The notes beneath the pieces are model-generated. The model made no database searches. It saw nothing but the letters and a program-made list of their open reading frames with translations, and was not told the origin of the DNA. Both the position numbers and the translations under genes were made by a program. Shown here one piece after another: positions 37,498 to 47,517 of a stretch of DNA of 64,000 bases (positions are counted from its first letter, which is position 1; the number at the start of each line of letters is the position of its first letter). This stretch comes from Candidatus Omnitrophota bacterium (lineage in GTDB: Bacteria; Omnitrophota; Gorgyraeia; JABMRN01; RBG-13-46-9): NCBI GenBank assembly GCA_013203315.1, contig JABMQJ010000018.1, positions 1 to 64,000 on the forward strand, written 5' to 3'.

Positions 37498-38339
37498 TGA
37501 ATAAATGCGGAATTTGCAGTGGCACTTTCACTAAATCCATGTATGACGGGATACGAAAATGCCAGAAATGCGATCATGTTTTTTTTGATTTAAACTTGAA
37601 CGATGAGGAATTGCACAAGCTCTATGGCAGAAATTATTTTTTTGGAGGCGAATATAATAATTACCTAAAAGACAAAAAAATATTGCAAAAGAATTTTAAA
37701 TTACGCATGAGAATTCTGCAGAAATTTCTTGAACCGGCGCGTCATAAGCATCTTCTTGAAATTGGTTGCGCGTATGGCTTTTTTCTTGATATAGCAAAGA
37801 ACCAATTCCATACAACGCAGGGAATAGATATTGCCGAAGACGGCGTTTCTTATGCGCGTACTCAATTAAAACTCGACGCTATCAATGCTAATTTTACACA
37901 GTATAATTGGGGCAACCAAAAATTTGATGTAGTATGCATGTGGGACACCATAGAACACTTACGGGATCCGGATATCTATCTAGAGAAAATCAGTAATCTT
38001 ATGGAAAAAGGATCTTTACTAGCCCTAACAACAGGAGATATAGAAAGTCTTAATGCAAGAATTAGAAAAAAGAAATGGCGATTAATGCATCCCCCGACGC
38101 ATATACACTATTTTTCCAGAAGAACATTGACTAAGCTTTTAGATAATCATGGGTTTGATGTAATATATAATCGATACTGCGGTTTTTACCGCAGTATCGA
38201 CCTTATTGCATACCGCACGTTGATGTTGAATAAAAAAAGGCCATGGCTCTATAATATTTTGCAGAAAAGCGGTATTGCCAATATCGGTATATACTCAAAT
38301 CTCTATGATATTATGTGTGTTGTAGCGCGTAAACGTTAG
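37497..38339 (+). CDS. class I SAM-dependent methyltransferase with N-terminal CxxC...CxxC
   Basis: ATG 37497 overlaps the previous TGA; CGIC...CQKC, LLEIGCAYG, FDVV..WDTIEH, HPPTH..YF. Confidence 0.85.
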   Translation: MNKCGICSGTFTKSMYDGIRKCQKCDHVFFDLNLNDEELHKLYGRNYFFGGEYNNYLKDKKILQKNFKLRMRILQKFLEPARHKHLLEIGCAYGFFLDIAKNQFHTTQGIDIAEDGVSYARTQLKLDAINANFTQYNWGNQKFDVVCMWDTIEHLRDPDIYLEKISNLMEKGSLLALTTGDIESLNARIRKKKWRLMHPPTHIHYFSRRTLTKLLDNHGFDVIYNRYCGFYRSIDLIAYRTLMLNKKRPWLYNILQKSGIANIGIYSNLYDIMCVVARKR

Positions 38340-38412
38340 TGGCTTGCATATTTAGCGGCTGATAATAGTTAGGCATTTTTAAGTTTTTTATAAAAAGAAA
38401 GAGGTGTCGACG

Positions 38413-40383
38413 ATGTGTGGGATATTTGGTTTTACGATAAAAAATAAACCAAACTTGACTAAAGAAGACTTAAAGGATATGGCCTCCATTTTATTCAAGT
38501 TGTCTGCGCGCCGCGGCCATGAAGCAACAGGCTTGGCTATCGCTCATCATGGCAAGATATCGGTTTATAAGCAACCGACAAGCTATAGAGAGATGCTCGA
38601 GGGGGAAGGATTTAATAACTTTCTTAATCGCTTCCAAACCTCTTCAGCTTCTCCCGGACGGCCAAAGCATATTACAACGCCGATAACGCTTATTGGCCAT
38701 ACGCGACTTGTTACAAGCGGAATCCAGGTTTTGCATGAGAACAATCAGCCAATTATTTCAAATCACATAGTCGGTGTTCACAACGGCATTATAGCAAATG
38801 ACGATAACTTGGCTAAACGGCATCTTCCTTCGAAAAGAATGCCAAGGAGCGATTCCACTCTTTTGTTCGAACTGATCGACAAATTTTACTCTGACACAGG
38901 AGAACTCAAAGCGGCAATTTCAAAAGTATACAGTGAAATTTTAGGATCAGCTTCAATTGCGTTGTTTAGTGATGATCAATCCGGGCTAACCCTTGCGACA
39001 AACACAGGTTCTTTATATCACAGTTACAATGATGAGGCCGGCTTTTTTGTGTTTGCATCCGAACATTATATAGTTGAACAATTTCTCAAGAAAAGCATTC
39101 TCGCAAGAGGCTACGATTCCCACAATATCCAATGTCTTAATCCGGCCACCGGCGCTTTTGTCAAATTCGAAAATGTTATACCTGAAATTTTCCAGCTAAA
39201 AGAACCCATGGACAAGCAAGCGCCCGCGCCTACGGATAGAAAAAAGAACATCTATGAAATTATCAATGCCAGTTCACCTCGAAAATCTTTACGCCATTGC
39301 ACGCGTTGTGTATTACCGGAAACCTATCCCTTTATTTCGTTTGACGAGAATGGCGTCTGCAATTATTGCAGAAAATACAAAAAACAGGAATTTCTTGGTT
39401 ATGATGCACTTGAAAATATCCTAAGTAAATACCGTTCGAAGGACGGCAGGCCTGATTGTATTGTTGGGTTTAGCGGTGGCCGAGATAGTTCATATGCGTT
39501 ACATGTTTTGAAGACAAAGCTTGGCATGCATCCGATCGCATATACTTACGACTGGGGATTGGTCACGGACCTTGCGAGGCGCAATCAGGCAAGGGTTACC
39601 GGAAAGCTCGGTATTGAGCACCTTATCCGTGCGGCTGATATTCATACGAAACGGCGGCATATCAAAAAACATATTTATGCATGGCTTGAAAAACCCGAAT
39701 TGGGAATGGTCCCGCTTTTTATGGCCGGTGATAAAATGTTTTATTACTATGGCGGGCAACTTCGCAAGGAAACAGGTATAAAGCTTACGGTTTTTGCAGC
39801 CGGGCAGCAACTAGAGCAAATGGAGTTCAAGGTTGGTTTTTGCGGAATCGATGAGCACCTAGAGAATAATACAAAACTATATCATTTTAAACTCATATCA
39901 AAGGTTCGTTTGGCATTGTGGTATCTAAAGCAATACTGCTTAAATCCACGTTATTTCAACGAATCTTTTTTTGATAGCGCTTTTGCTTTTTATGTGTCCT
40001 TTCTGAATAAAGACGATTATACTTACCTCTATCGTTATATTCCGTGGGATGAAAAGGTAATAGAGCGAACTTTGAAAGAAGAATATGACTGGGAGTTGGA
40101 TAGTAAATACGGTAAAAATCAATGGCGTATGGGCGACGGCCAAACAGCATTTACAAACTACATATATTACGCCATAGCCGGTTTTTCCGAGTTTGATAGC
40201 TTTCGCAGCAACCAGATCCGTGAAGGTCTGATTACTAGGGAAGAAGCTGTGGAACTTCTGAAAGATGATAACAGGCTGCGTATTGGAATGTTGCAGGATT
40301 TTAGCCAGCTAATCGGTTTTAATCTTGAAGAAGTCCTGCTAAAAATTAATAAAATTCCTAAATTGTACCAAGAGAAAAAATAA
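38413..40383 (+). CDS. fusion of a class II (Ntn) glutamine amidotransferase and a PP-loop sugar amidotransferase
   Basis: N-terminal MCGIFG, RRG, GHTR, NQP, HNGII.N; C-half CTRC.LP, CNYC, FSGGRDSS, SNQIREG.ITREEA. ATG at 38413 puts Cys at position 2. Confidence 0.85.
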   Translation: MCGIFGFTIKNKPNLTKEDLKDMASILFKLSARRGHEATGLAIAHHGKISVYKQPTSYREMLEGEGFNNFLNRFQTSSASPGRPKHITTPITLIGHTRLVTSGIQVLHENNQPIISNHIVGVHNGIIANDDNLAKRHLPSKRMPRSDSTLLFELIDKFYSDTGELKAAISKVYSEILGSASIALFSDDQSGLTLATNTGSLYHSYNDEAGFFVFASEHYIVEQFLKKSILARGYDSHNIQCLNPATGAFVKFENVIPEIFQLKEPMDKQAPAPTDRKKNIYEIINASSPRKSLRHCTRCVLPETYPFISFDENGVCNYCRKYKKQEFLGYDALENILSKYRSKDGRPDCIVGFSGGRDSSYALHVLKTKLGMHPIAYTYDWGLVTDLARRNQARVTGKLGIEHLIRAADIHTKRRHIKKHIYAWLEKPELGMVPLFMAGDKMFYYYGGQLRKETGIKLTVFAAGQQLEQMEFKVGFCGIDEHLENNTKLYHFKLISKVRLALWYLKQYCLNPRYFNESFFDSAFAFYVSFLNKDDYTYLYRYIPWDEKVIERTLKEEYDWELDSKYGKNQWRMGDGQTAFTNYIYYAIAGFSEFDSFRSNQIREGLITREEAVELLKDDNRLRIGMLQDFSQLIGFNLEEVLLKINKIPKLYQEKK

Positions 40384-40394
40384 GTAATAACAAA

Positions 40395-42311
40395 ATGAAT
40401 TTTAGTAAAACAAAGATATTGGTTCTGATAGTAGTTTGCGCTGCTAATTTACTATTATTACTCCCTACCATGGGGAATAATGTCGACAATCCCAACCTAA
40501 TTACTTATTTTAGCGGCGATGAAGGCTATACGATGGATGTTTTGTGGTTTTATTATAGCGGAGAAAAGAGGGAGAGTTACCAGGGGGACGTTGATTATGG
40601 AATTGAGTGGTTTTATGTTTCACGCTTTGCGCGTTTGATATTATCAAAATTCATAGATTTTGGACCAGGTACCCTTATCTTATTATTAAAATGGATTCAT
40701 TTGATTGCTTGGATCGGCGCTTTAATCGCACTGTGGTTTTTTGTGGGTTATCATTTTGGGAAAGGATGGCAACAGATAGTGGCCGTTCTTTTGCTGGCAA
40801 CCAGGCCTTCATTGGATTATGTTTTTAATAGTGCTAAACCAGAACCGCTTGTTTTGCTAATCATGCTGCTTGGGTTCCATTTTGTTTTAAGAATTATAGA
40901 AAAACCATCGATTAAATACTTTTTATTTTCTATATTATGTGTCGTAACCGCATTCGCTATAAAGTTTGCAGGTATTTTTCTGCTTCCTGCAATAATTGCT
41001 GCCATGTATTATTCAAAACAATATCAGAACGATCTTGGCAGAAAAAATTATATTGGGCCTTTCCCGAAATTTAAACACAACTGGATATTTGAGTTTCTAA
41101 TAGGCATATTTTTTATTACAATTCCGTTTTTATTTATCTTTTCTTATGTTCGTAAATCGACAGGTCTTACTTTCTACAATGAATTTGGTATTTTAGGAAG
41201 CCTTGCAAAGAACAAAATATCTTTTTTAGCCTTTTTTACGGGCGCAGTTTTTTTGTTTATCTCGGCCATATTATTTTTCCTAAATAAAAGTAGAAAATTT
41301 TCCAATAAAAAAATTACAGAAACGATTAACGAAATAAATTCATATGCCTTACTGTCAGGAGGACTATTTTTCATTTTTTTGTTATTAATCGAGTTTAAAT
41401 GGATTTTATCTAGTCCGGATCTATTTCGCACAACATATTTCTATAATATTTCTGACTTTATAGGCGTATTTGCCACCAGAACCGTTACTGTCAGTAACAT
41501 TCTAGGAAGATATTCAGGAATTGTTATTTCGAAAATAAAGGGGTTCGATCCTATAATACTTCTTTTATTTGGCATTTATCTAATTGTGGAGTTACGTTTA
41601 CGTAAGCAGAAATCAAACATTGAGAGACGATCATTCTATAAAAGATTATCCTTAGACTTCATGCTTATACCGATTTTTATAGCCATCTTTACCATGGGTA
41701 GATTTACGCATCATCATATGCTGCCATTTTTTTGCGTAGCATCTATTTTAGCAATTAAAGGGGTTGATATGTTTAGAACTGCGTTTAAAGGTCCGAGATT
41801 GATAAAAATGGCATTTTTATTCTTTGTCAGTATCTTATTTACGATTAGTATAGTGACGCATGGGGCAGAGTTAATAAAGCTAAGGTTGTATCAGTACAGA
41901 CAGAGGGAGGATGTTGTTTTCGAGATAGAAAAGTGGTGGAGACAAAATGTTCCCCTAGATGAAACCGTTGTAGCAGATCATCATTCAATGGTTTACATGC
42001 CTCCAGAGTATAAAAACGTGACATTTATTAAAATTTCCCATGATAAAATCGAACAAATAAAAGATCTTGTGCGTACGGTAAAGCCAAAATATGTTTATTA
42101 TAACAGTGGGCATGATGAAAAGCACATAGTGCCGCCCATTGAATCAGTTTTGCCCGATTTAAAAGTAAAATTGGTCGCATCTTTTAATAGCGTAGGTAGA
42201 TTGTATAGAAGGCTTCCGAACTCGCAATTTCTAATATATGAAGTAATCTCCTACGACAAAACAAGTAAAATAGACGATGTGGAACTCTATTTAAAAACAG
42301 GGGATATATGA
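40395..42311 (+). CDS. polytopic membrane GT-C-type (ArnT/PMT-like) glycosyltransferase
   Basis: Acidic DE motif after the first TM (SGDEG), KPEP, many TM segments, C-terminal soluble domain; close to the GtrB-like gene. Confidence 0.65.
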   Translation: MNFSKTKILVLIVVCAANLLLLLPTMGNNVDNPNLITYFSGDEGYTMDVLWFYYSGEKRESYQGDVDYGIEWFYVSRFARLILSKFIDFGPGTLILLLKWIHLIAWIGALIALWFFVGYHFGKGWQQIVAVLLLATRPSLDYVFNSAKPEPLVLLIMLLGFHFVLRIIEKPSIKYFLFSILCVVTAFAIKFAGIFLLPAIIAAMYYSKQYQNDLGRKNYIGPFPKFKHNWIFEFLIGIFFITIPFLFIFSYVRKSTGLTFYNEFGILGSLAKNKISFLAFFTGAVFLFISAILFFLNKSRKFSNKKITETINEINSYALLSGGLFFIFLLLIEFKWILSSPDLFRTTYFYNISDFIGVFATRTVTVSNILGRYSGIVISKIKGFDPIILLLFGIYLIVELRLRKQKSNIERRSFYKRLSLDFMLIPIFIAIFTMGRFTHHHMLPFFCVASILAIKGVDMFRTAFKGPRLIKMAFLFFVSILFTISIVTHGAELIKLRLYQYRQREDVVFEIEKWWRQNVPLDETVVADHHSMVYMPPEYKNVTFIKISHDKIEQIKDLVRTVKPKYVYYNSGHDEKHIVPPIESVLPDLKVKLVASFNSVGRLYRRLPNSQFLIYEVISYDKTSKIDDVELYLKTGDI

Positions 42312-43051
42312 GTCCGAAAAGGGATACCGAGAAAGATGATGTAGTGATACTTTGCGGAGGCATGGGCACGCGCCTGCGTGAAGAAACGGAAACAAAGCCT
42401 AAGCCAATGGTGGAAATAGGCGGAAAGCCGATATTATGGCACATTATGAAGTATTATGCAGCTTATGGATTTACGAGATTCATTTTGGCTCTCGGATATA
42501 AAGGCGCTTATATCAAGGATTATTTTCGTGATTACAACAATGAAAAACAATGGGAAATCGCATGCGTCGATACCGGCCAAAAAACCCTTAAAGGCGGCCG
42601 CATAAAAAGATTGGAACCCCATATAAAAAGCAAAAATTTCCACCTTACATACGGTGATGGCCTGGGTAGGGTGGACCTTAAGCGCCTGGCGAACTTCCAC
42701 TTTTCGCGTAAAAAAATAGGCACAGTTACCGCCGTTCGCCCGCCATCGCGCTTTGGGGAATTGCTGTTAAAAGGCAATTATGTTAAGGAATTCGAAGAAA
42801 AACCGCAACTCACCAGAGGATATATAAACGGCGGATTTTTCATATTTAATAAGAAACTTCTTGAATATCTGACGCCCGATGAAAATTGCGATCTGGAATT
42901 CGGCGCGTTACAGAAACTAGCATCCGAGGGCCAACTTACCGCATATAAGCATGACGGTTACTGGCAGTGCATGGATACGGCCAGGGACATGAATTACCTT
43001 AATGAGTTATGGGAAAACGGCGACCCGCCATGGAGGATATGGAACAAATGA
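42308..43051 (+). CDS. rfbF: glucose-1-phosphate cytidylyltransferase
   Basis: ILCGGMGTRLREET..KPKPMVEIG, VDTG..T..GGR, TYGDG, F.EKP, INGGFF, WQCMDT.RD. Confidence 0.88.
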   Translation: MSPKRDTEKDDVVILCGGMGTRLREETETKPKPMVEIGGKPILWHIMKYYAAYGFTRFILALGYKGAYIKDYFRDYNNEKQWEIACVDTGQKTLKGGRIKRLEPHIKSKNFHLTYGDGLGRVDLKRLANFHFSRKKIGTVTAVRPPSRFGELLLKGNYVKEFEEKPQLTRGYINGGFFIFNKKLLEYLTPDENCDLEFGALQKLASEGQLTAYKHDGYWQCMDTARDMNYLNELWENGDPPWRIWNK

Positions 43052-44100
43052 AGCCCACTGTATTAATTACGGGGAACACAGGCTATATCGGGACGGTCAT
43101 GGCGAAGCACTTTAAAGAGGCCTCTTACAATGTCGTGGGCCTGGATAATGATTTATACCGTGAAAACTCTCTCTTTTCTTCCGGCGATGAGGCAAAGCCG
43201 CAAAAACAAATTATAAAGGATATCCGACAGGTTACAGCAAATGACCTAGAAGGCGTAGACGCAGTGATACATCTTGCGGGGCTCTCAAATGATCCCCTGG
43301 GGGAGTTGAACCCCGGACTAACCGATGAGATAAATTGCGTATCCACATTGCAGTTGGCACGTTTGGCAAAGTCAAAAGGGATAAAACGCTTTCTTTTTTC
43401 TTCTTCCTGCAGTATTTATGGGATATCTTCCGTAGATTTTTCAATAAATGAGACAGGGCGCCTTAAGCCCCTGACCGCCTATGCCAAGGCAAAGGTTGAT
43501 GCGGAATCAGGACTCGCAAAACTTGCGGATGAAAATTTTCATCCTGTTTTTATGCGTAACGCGACAGTCTACGGCCTCTCCCCGAAGATGAGGCTGGATC
43601 TTGTCGTGAATAACCTTACCGCATGGGCATATTTAAAGGGTGAAATTGCAATAATGAGCGACGGCACGCCATGGAGGCCTATTGTGCACGTCGAAGATCT
43701 GTCCCGTGCCTTCAAAACGGTTCTTGAGGCGCCACATAAAAAAATTCATTGCCAGGCTTTTAATATCGGGTCAAATACCGAGAATTATCAGGTTAAAGAT
43801 ATAGCGCTAAAAGTCGGAAGTGCCGTACCCGAAGCCAGCATAAAGATACTGAATAAAATGGGACCCGATGAAAGAACCTATAAAGTAGATTTTTCCAAGT
43901 TTAAAGACGCGTTTCCGGAATTTAAATGGCTATGGAACGTAGAGAAAGGAATAGAAGCGCTTCTGGATGCATACAAAAGATATTCCTTGAGCGTAGATGA
44001 CTTTGAATCTGACAAATATTTCCGCGTAAGGACAATTAAGTCACTACTTGAATCAGGCAAAATAGATGAAAATCTTAAAATTAAGGGAGGCCAGGCATGA
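43048..44100 (+). CDS. NAD-dependent nucleotide-sugar epimerase/oxidoreductase (extended SDR)
   Basis: ITGNTGYIG, HLAGLSNDP, SSCSIYG, YAKAK, SPKMRLDL.VN; ATG 43048 overlaps the rfbF stop. Confidence 0.88.
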   Translation: MKPTVLITGNTGYIGTVMAKHFKEASYNVVGLDNDLYRENSLFSSGDEAKPQKQIIKDIRQVTANDLEGVDAVIHLAGLSNDPLGELNPGLTDEINCVSTLQLARLAKSKGIKRFLFSSSCSIYGISSVDFSINETGRLKPLTAYAKAKVDAESGLAKLADENFHPVFMRNATVYGLSPKMRLDLVVNNLTAWAYLKGEIAIMSDGTPWRPIVHVEDLSRAFKTVLEAPHKKIHCQAFNIGSNTENYQVKDIALKVGSAVPEASIKILNKMGPDERTYKVDFSKFKDAFPEFKWLWNVEKGIEALLDAYKRYSLSVDDFESDKYFRVRTIKSLLESGKIDENLKIKGGQA

Positions 44101-44546
44101 TAGAAGGGGTAAAGTTAGTTCCGCTTAAAAGAATATCCGACGAAAGAGGCATGATCATGCATATGCTAAAATGCACGGATCCGCATTTCGAACAATTCGG
44201 AGAAGTGTATTTTTCTACGGCCCATCCCGGTGTTATCAAGGGTTGGCACGAGCACACCAAACAAGTCCAGTTCTACGCGGTAGTAAAAGGCATGATAAAG
44301 CTTGTCCTTTATGACGCGAGAAAAAAATCCCCAACCCACGGTGAGCTCATGGAACTGTTTATCGGAGACGACAATTATCAGCTCGTACGAATTCCTGCCG
44401 GCATAATTAACGGCTACAAAAATATAGGCACTGAGACGATAATTCTGGCGAATTGCGCAACGCTACCACACCAACCAGATGAGATGCTTCGATATGACCC
44501 GCACGGGAGTAAAGTACCTTATAAGTGGACAAGGGCAGATAAGTAA
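44097..44546 (+). CDS. RmlC-like NDP-4-keto-sugar 3,5-epimerase (cupin)
   Basis: DERG, IKGWHEH, YDARK.SPT.G, IP.G..NGY. Confidence 0.85.
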   Translation: MIEGVKLVPLKRISDERGMIMHMLKCTDPHFEQFGEVYFSTAHPGVIKGWHEHTKQVQFYAVVKGMIKLVLYDARKKSPTHGELMELFIGDDNYQLVRIPAGIINGYKNIGTETIILANCATLPHQPDEMLRYDPHGSKVPYKWTRADK

Positions 44547-44547
44547 T

Positions 44548-45453
44548 ATGAGTAGCAGTGAAAGCAAACTTCAAGCCGTAGTGATCGGCGCAAACGGTTT
44601 AGTAGGCAGGTGCGTCATTAACCTGCTTACACAAAAGGGCATAGAGTGCATAGGCACATGCAACAAGAGGCCACGCAATAAGCTTTTCAAGCTGGATATT
44701 ACAGACCCCGAAGAAATAAACAGGTTTTTTTCTAAATTTTCGCCCGAAGTAGTTTTTCATTGCGCAAATCTTGCGGGTGGCGTAAACTTTTGCCAGTCAA
44801 ACCCAAAAATCGCCACTGATTTTCACCTTAATGCCACCAAGAGAATAGGGAACGCCTGCAACGCCAATAACGCAACTATGTTTTTCATATCAACGGACTA
44901 CGTATTTGACGGCACGAAGGCCCCCTACAAAGAGAATGACCCTACAAATCCTTTAAACTTATACGGAAAGCTGAAGCTTGAAGCGGAGGAATGGATAAAA
45001 GGCAACATTTCGAAGTTTGTAATAGTTAGGACAACCAACGTTTACGGCTGGGACCCCGAAACGGTAACCCCGAATTATGTTATGGGCTTATACAGAACGC
45101 TTAAAGAGGGTAAACCGTTTAATGCGCCGTCGTTCCTTCGCGGAAATCCCACATACGCAAACGATTTGGCAGAGGCAATTGTAGAATTGTACGTAAAAAA
45201 TGCACATGGGCTTTTTCATGTGGTCGGAAAAAGTTTTGTCGACAGGCTCGAATGGGCAAACGCCGCATGCGAGATTTTTGAGTTAAACAAATCATTGCTG
45301 AATGAAACAAAGGTGCCGTCGCCGGACATGGTTCCGAGACCACTGGAATCAAACCTTACTTCCGACAAATTTATGCGAGCCTATAAAAGCACTTTGCACG
45401 ACCTTGCAAGCGGTCTCAAGCTCATGAAATCCGACATGAAAACTTTAGGTTAA
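44548..45453 (+). CDS. RmlD-like NDP-4-keto-sugar reductase
   Basis: IGANGLVG, ISTDYVFDG..PY.E.D..NP.N.YGKLK, PTY..DLA, RP; ATG at 44548. Confidence 0.88.
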   Translation: MSSSESKLQAVVIGANGLVGRCVINLLTQKGIECIGTCNKRPRNKLFKLDITDPEEINRFFSKFSPEVVFHCANLAGGVNFCQSNPKIATDFHLNATKRIGNACNANNATMFFISTDYVFDGTKAPYKENDPTNPLNLYGKLKLEAEEWIKGNISKFVIVRTTNVYGWDPETVTPNYVMGLYRTLKEGKPFNAPSFLRGNPTYANDLAEAIVELYVKNAHGLFHVVGKSFVDRLEWANAACEIFELNKSLLNETKVPSPDMVPRPLESNLTSDKFMRAYKSTLHDLASGLKLMKSDMKTLG

Positions 45454-45455
45454 AA

Positions 45456-46358
45456 ATGCAACAACCCCTTTTTACCGTAATAATTTCAACCTATAATCGT
45501 AAAGACATATTGCCGCGCGCGATTGAAAGCGTCTTGAACCAGACCTTCCCGAATTTTGAGCTTTTGGTAATTGACAATGGCTCGACGGATTCAACCGCTT
45601 CCGTTTGCGACCGCGTAAAAGATGATCGCTTCACGTATGTCCGGAATCCCAAGCCAACAGATTCCTGCGACGGCCCAAGAAACCTCGGCATAGAAATGGC
45701 CCAGGGTAACCTCATCGCTTTTCTCGACGACGATGACATATGGTATCCCACGAGGCTTGAAAAAGTAAAAAAGGCATTTGAGGAAAATCCGGACGTATCC
45801 TGCGTGTGCCATAATGAAAATAAAAACGTGGACGGTAAGATAACCGAAACATTCAGGTATGGGCCGTGGTCACCTGATTTGTACGAACGCTTGCTCTACG
45901 AAGGGAACTGTCTCTCTTCCTGTGCGACAACGATAAAGCGTGATTTATTGAAGAAACTGGACGGTTTCGATTTGAGAAAAGAATTTTGTAAGGCGGCAGA
46001 TTACGATTTGTGGATAAGAATGGCCAAGAGAGGCGTGAAGATTTATTTTATTGATGAGCCGCTCGGAGAATTTTTCCTGACAGGGCATAACTGGAGTACG
46101 GCCGATCCGACATTCAGAGGAAAGCTTGCCAATCTTCTCGAAATGCACATTCTTCAACATGAAAAAAAGCCCATTTTACAAATTTCAAAAAGAGGCATGT
46201 GGCAACTATTTAAACTAAATGCGATTGCCGGCAAAAGATATACGAAGGCCGGGGATTACAGAAACGCCCTGCGTCATTATCGTAAAGCAGCTTTATTTGT
46301 CATGAAAAAACCAAGTTTAATAAGTACCCTATTCTCAGGAACGGTCAAAAATGATTGA
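45456..46358 (+). CDS. GT2 glycosyltransferase
   Basis: TVIISTYNR, DNGSTD, RNLGI, FLDDDD, DYDLW.R. Confidence 0.9.
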   Translation: MQQPLFTVIISTYNRKDILPRAIESVLNQTFPNFELLVIDNGSTDSTASVCDRVKDDRFTYVRNPKPTDSCDGPRNLGIEMAQGNLIAFLDDDDIWYPTRLEKVKKAFEENPDVSCVCHNENKNVDGKITETFRYGPWSPDLYERLLYEGNCLSSCATTIKRDLLKKLDGFDLRKEFCKAADYDLWIRMAKRGVKIYFIDEPLGEFFLTGHNWSTADPTFRGKLANLLEMHILQHEKKPILQISKRGMWQLFKLNAIAGKRYTKAGDYRNALRHYRKAALFVMKKPSLISTLFSGTVKND

Positions 46359-47472
46359 AAATAAATTACCCGCATACAAGAAGGAAAAATGCACCTTTTT
46401 CGCCTTGGGGAGAAATGCAATGTATGCTGCCTGCAACGCACTGGGCCTCAAAAAAGGCGACGAGATTCTTACCCCTGCATTTGATTGTGACGGGTCATTG
46501 CAACCCTTCAGGGTCTTGGAGTATAAACCAATATTCTTCCGTTCCGACCCGCGAACGTTTTCCGCGGATTTAGAAGACATAAAAAAGAAAATTACCCCAA
46601 AAACGAAATTACTGCACATAATAAACCATTTTGGAATGCCGCAACCTTGGAATGACATCTTGAGCCTTCAAAGAGAGGTAAATATTCCCATCATGGAAGA
46701 TAATGCCTATTCGCTTTTTTCAAGCCTTGACGGGAAACCCTTTGGAACGTTCGGGGACGCGGCAATATTTTCACTACGAAAAAACTTACCACTCGCTGAT
46801 GGAGGAATGCTACGCATCAATAACCCGCGATACAAATTCACTGAAGATTCAAAAAAAAGTAAATTCATTTATAAAGAGGACTTGGAAAGTCTCGCAGTTG
46901 TAATAAAAAATAGAGTTGGTTTAAGTACAGTTTTCCGTTCTTTGAGGCAGGGACCCCCTCCGCCGCTTTATTCGAATGGCAACCTGGAATATCCCGTCTG
47001 GGCCGGCCGCGATCATATCGGAAAAGAATTTTCCTGCAATTACACAAGATCCATGTCACGATTTTCAAGACAAGCCTTGGATACGTTTTTACACAATGAC
47101 TACGAGGCTATGATAGAAAAAAAACGCAAGTTCTATTCGATTCTGTCAAAGGGCCTTAAAGGTATTAGAGGGATAGAGGTTTTGTGGCCGGAATTACCGG
47201 AAGGTATAGTGCCTTTCTCATTATCATTTTTGGTATCAAACCACCGAGATGCATTTTTCGACTTTTTGCGAAAAAAATACGACGTTATGGCCTGGCCGAC
47301 GTTATCTGCATTAGTGCTGGAGCAACTTAAAGATTTCCCCGATGTAGAACTTTTGGGAAGGCGTCTCTTACAACTAAATTTACCTTCGGATAAGGTAAAG
47401 AAAACGAATTTTCCGCAGTATATCGAAAATGTCGTAGAGGATATCCACAAGTTAGCGCAAAAATATATTTAG
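46351..47472 (+). CDS. divergent DegT/DnrJ-family PLP-dependent enzyme
   Basis: GRNA, GDEIL.P.F.C, INHFG, EDNA, FSLRK.LP..DGG; short N-terminus. Confidence 0.75.
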   Translation: MIENKLPAYKKEKCTFFALGRNAMYAACNALGLKKGDEILTPAFDCDGSLQPFRVLEYKPIFFRSDPRTFSADLEDIKKKITPKTKLLHIINHFGMPQPWNDILSLQREVNIPIMEDNAYSLFSSLDGKPFGTFGDAAIFSLRKNLPLADGGMLRINNPRYKFTEDSKKSKFIYKEDLESLAVVIKNRVGLSTVFRSLRQGPPPPLYSNGNLEYPVWAGRDHIGKEFSCNYTRSMSRFSRQALDTFLHNDYEAMIEKKRKFYSILSKGLKGIRGIEVLWPELPEGIVPFSLSFLVSNHRDAFFDFLRKKYDVMAWPTLSALVLEQLKDFPDVELLGRRLLQLNLPSDKVKKTNFPQYIENVVEDIHKLAQKYI

Positions 47473-47517
47473 TTACACTAGTGCGGAGTTTCACAAAAAA
47501 GTAGAATAGGTTTAATT

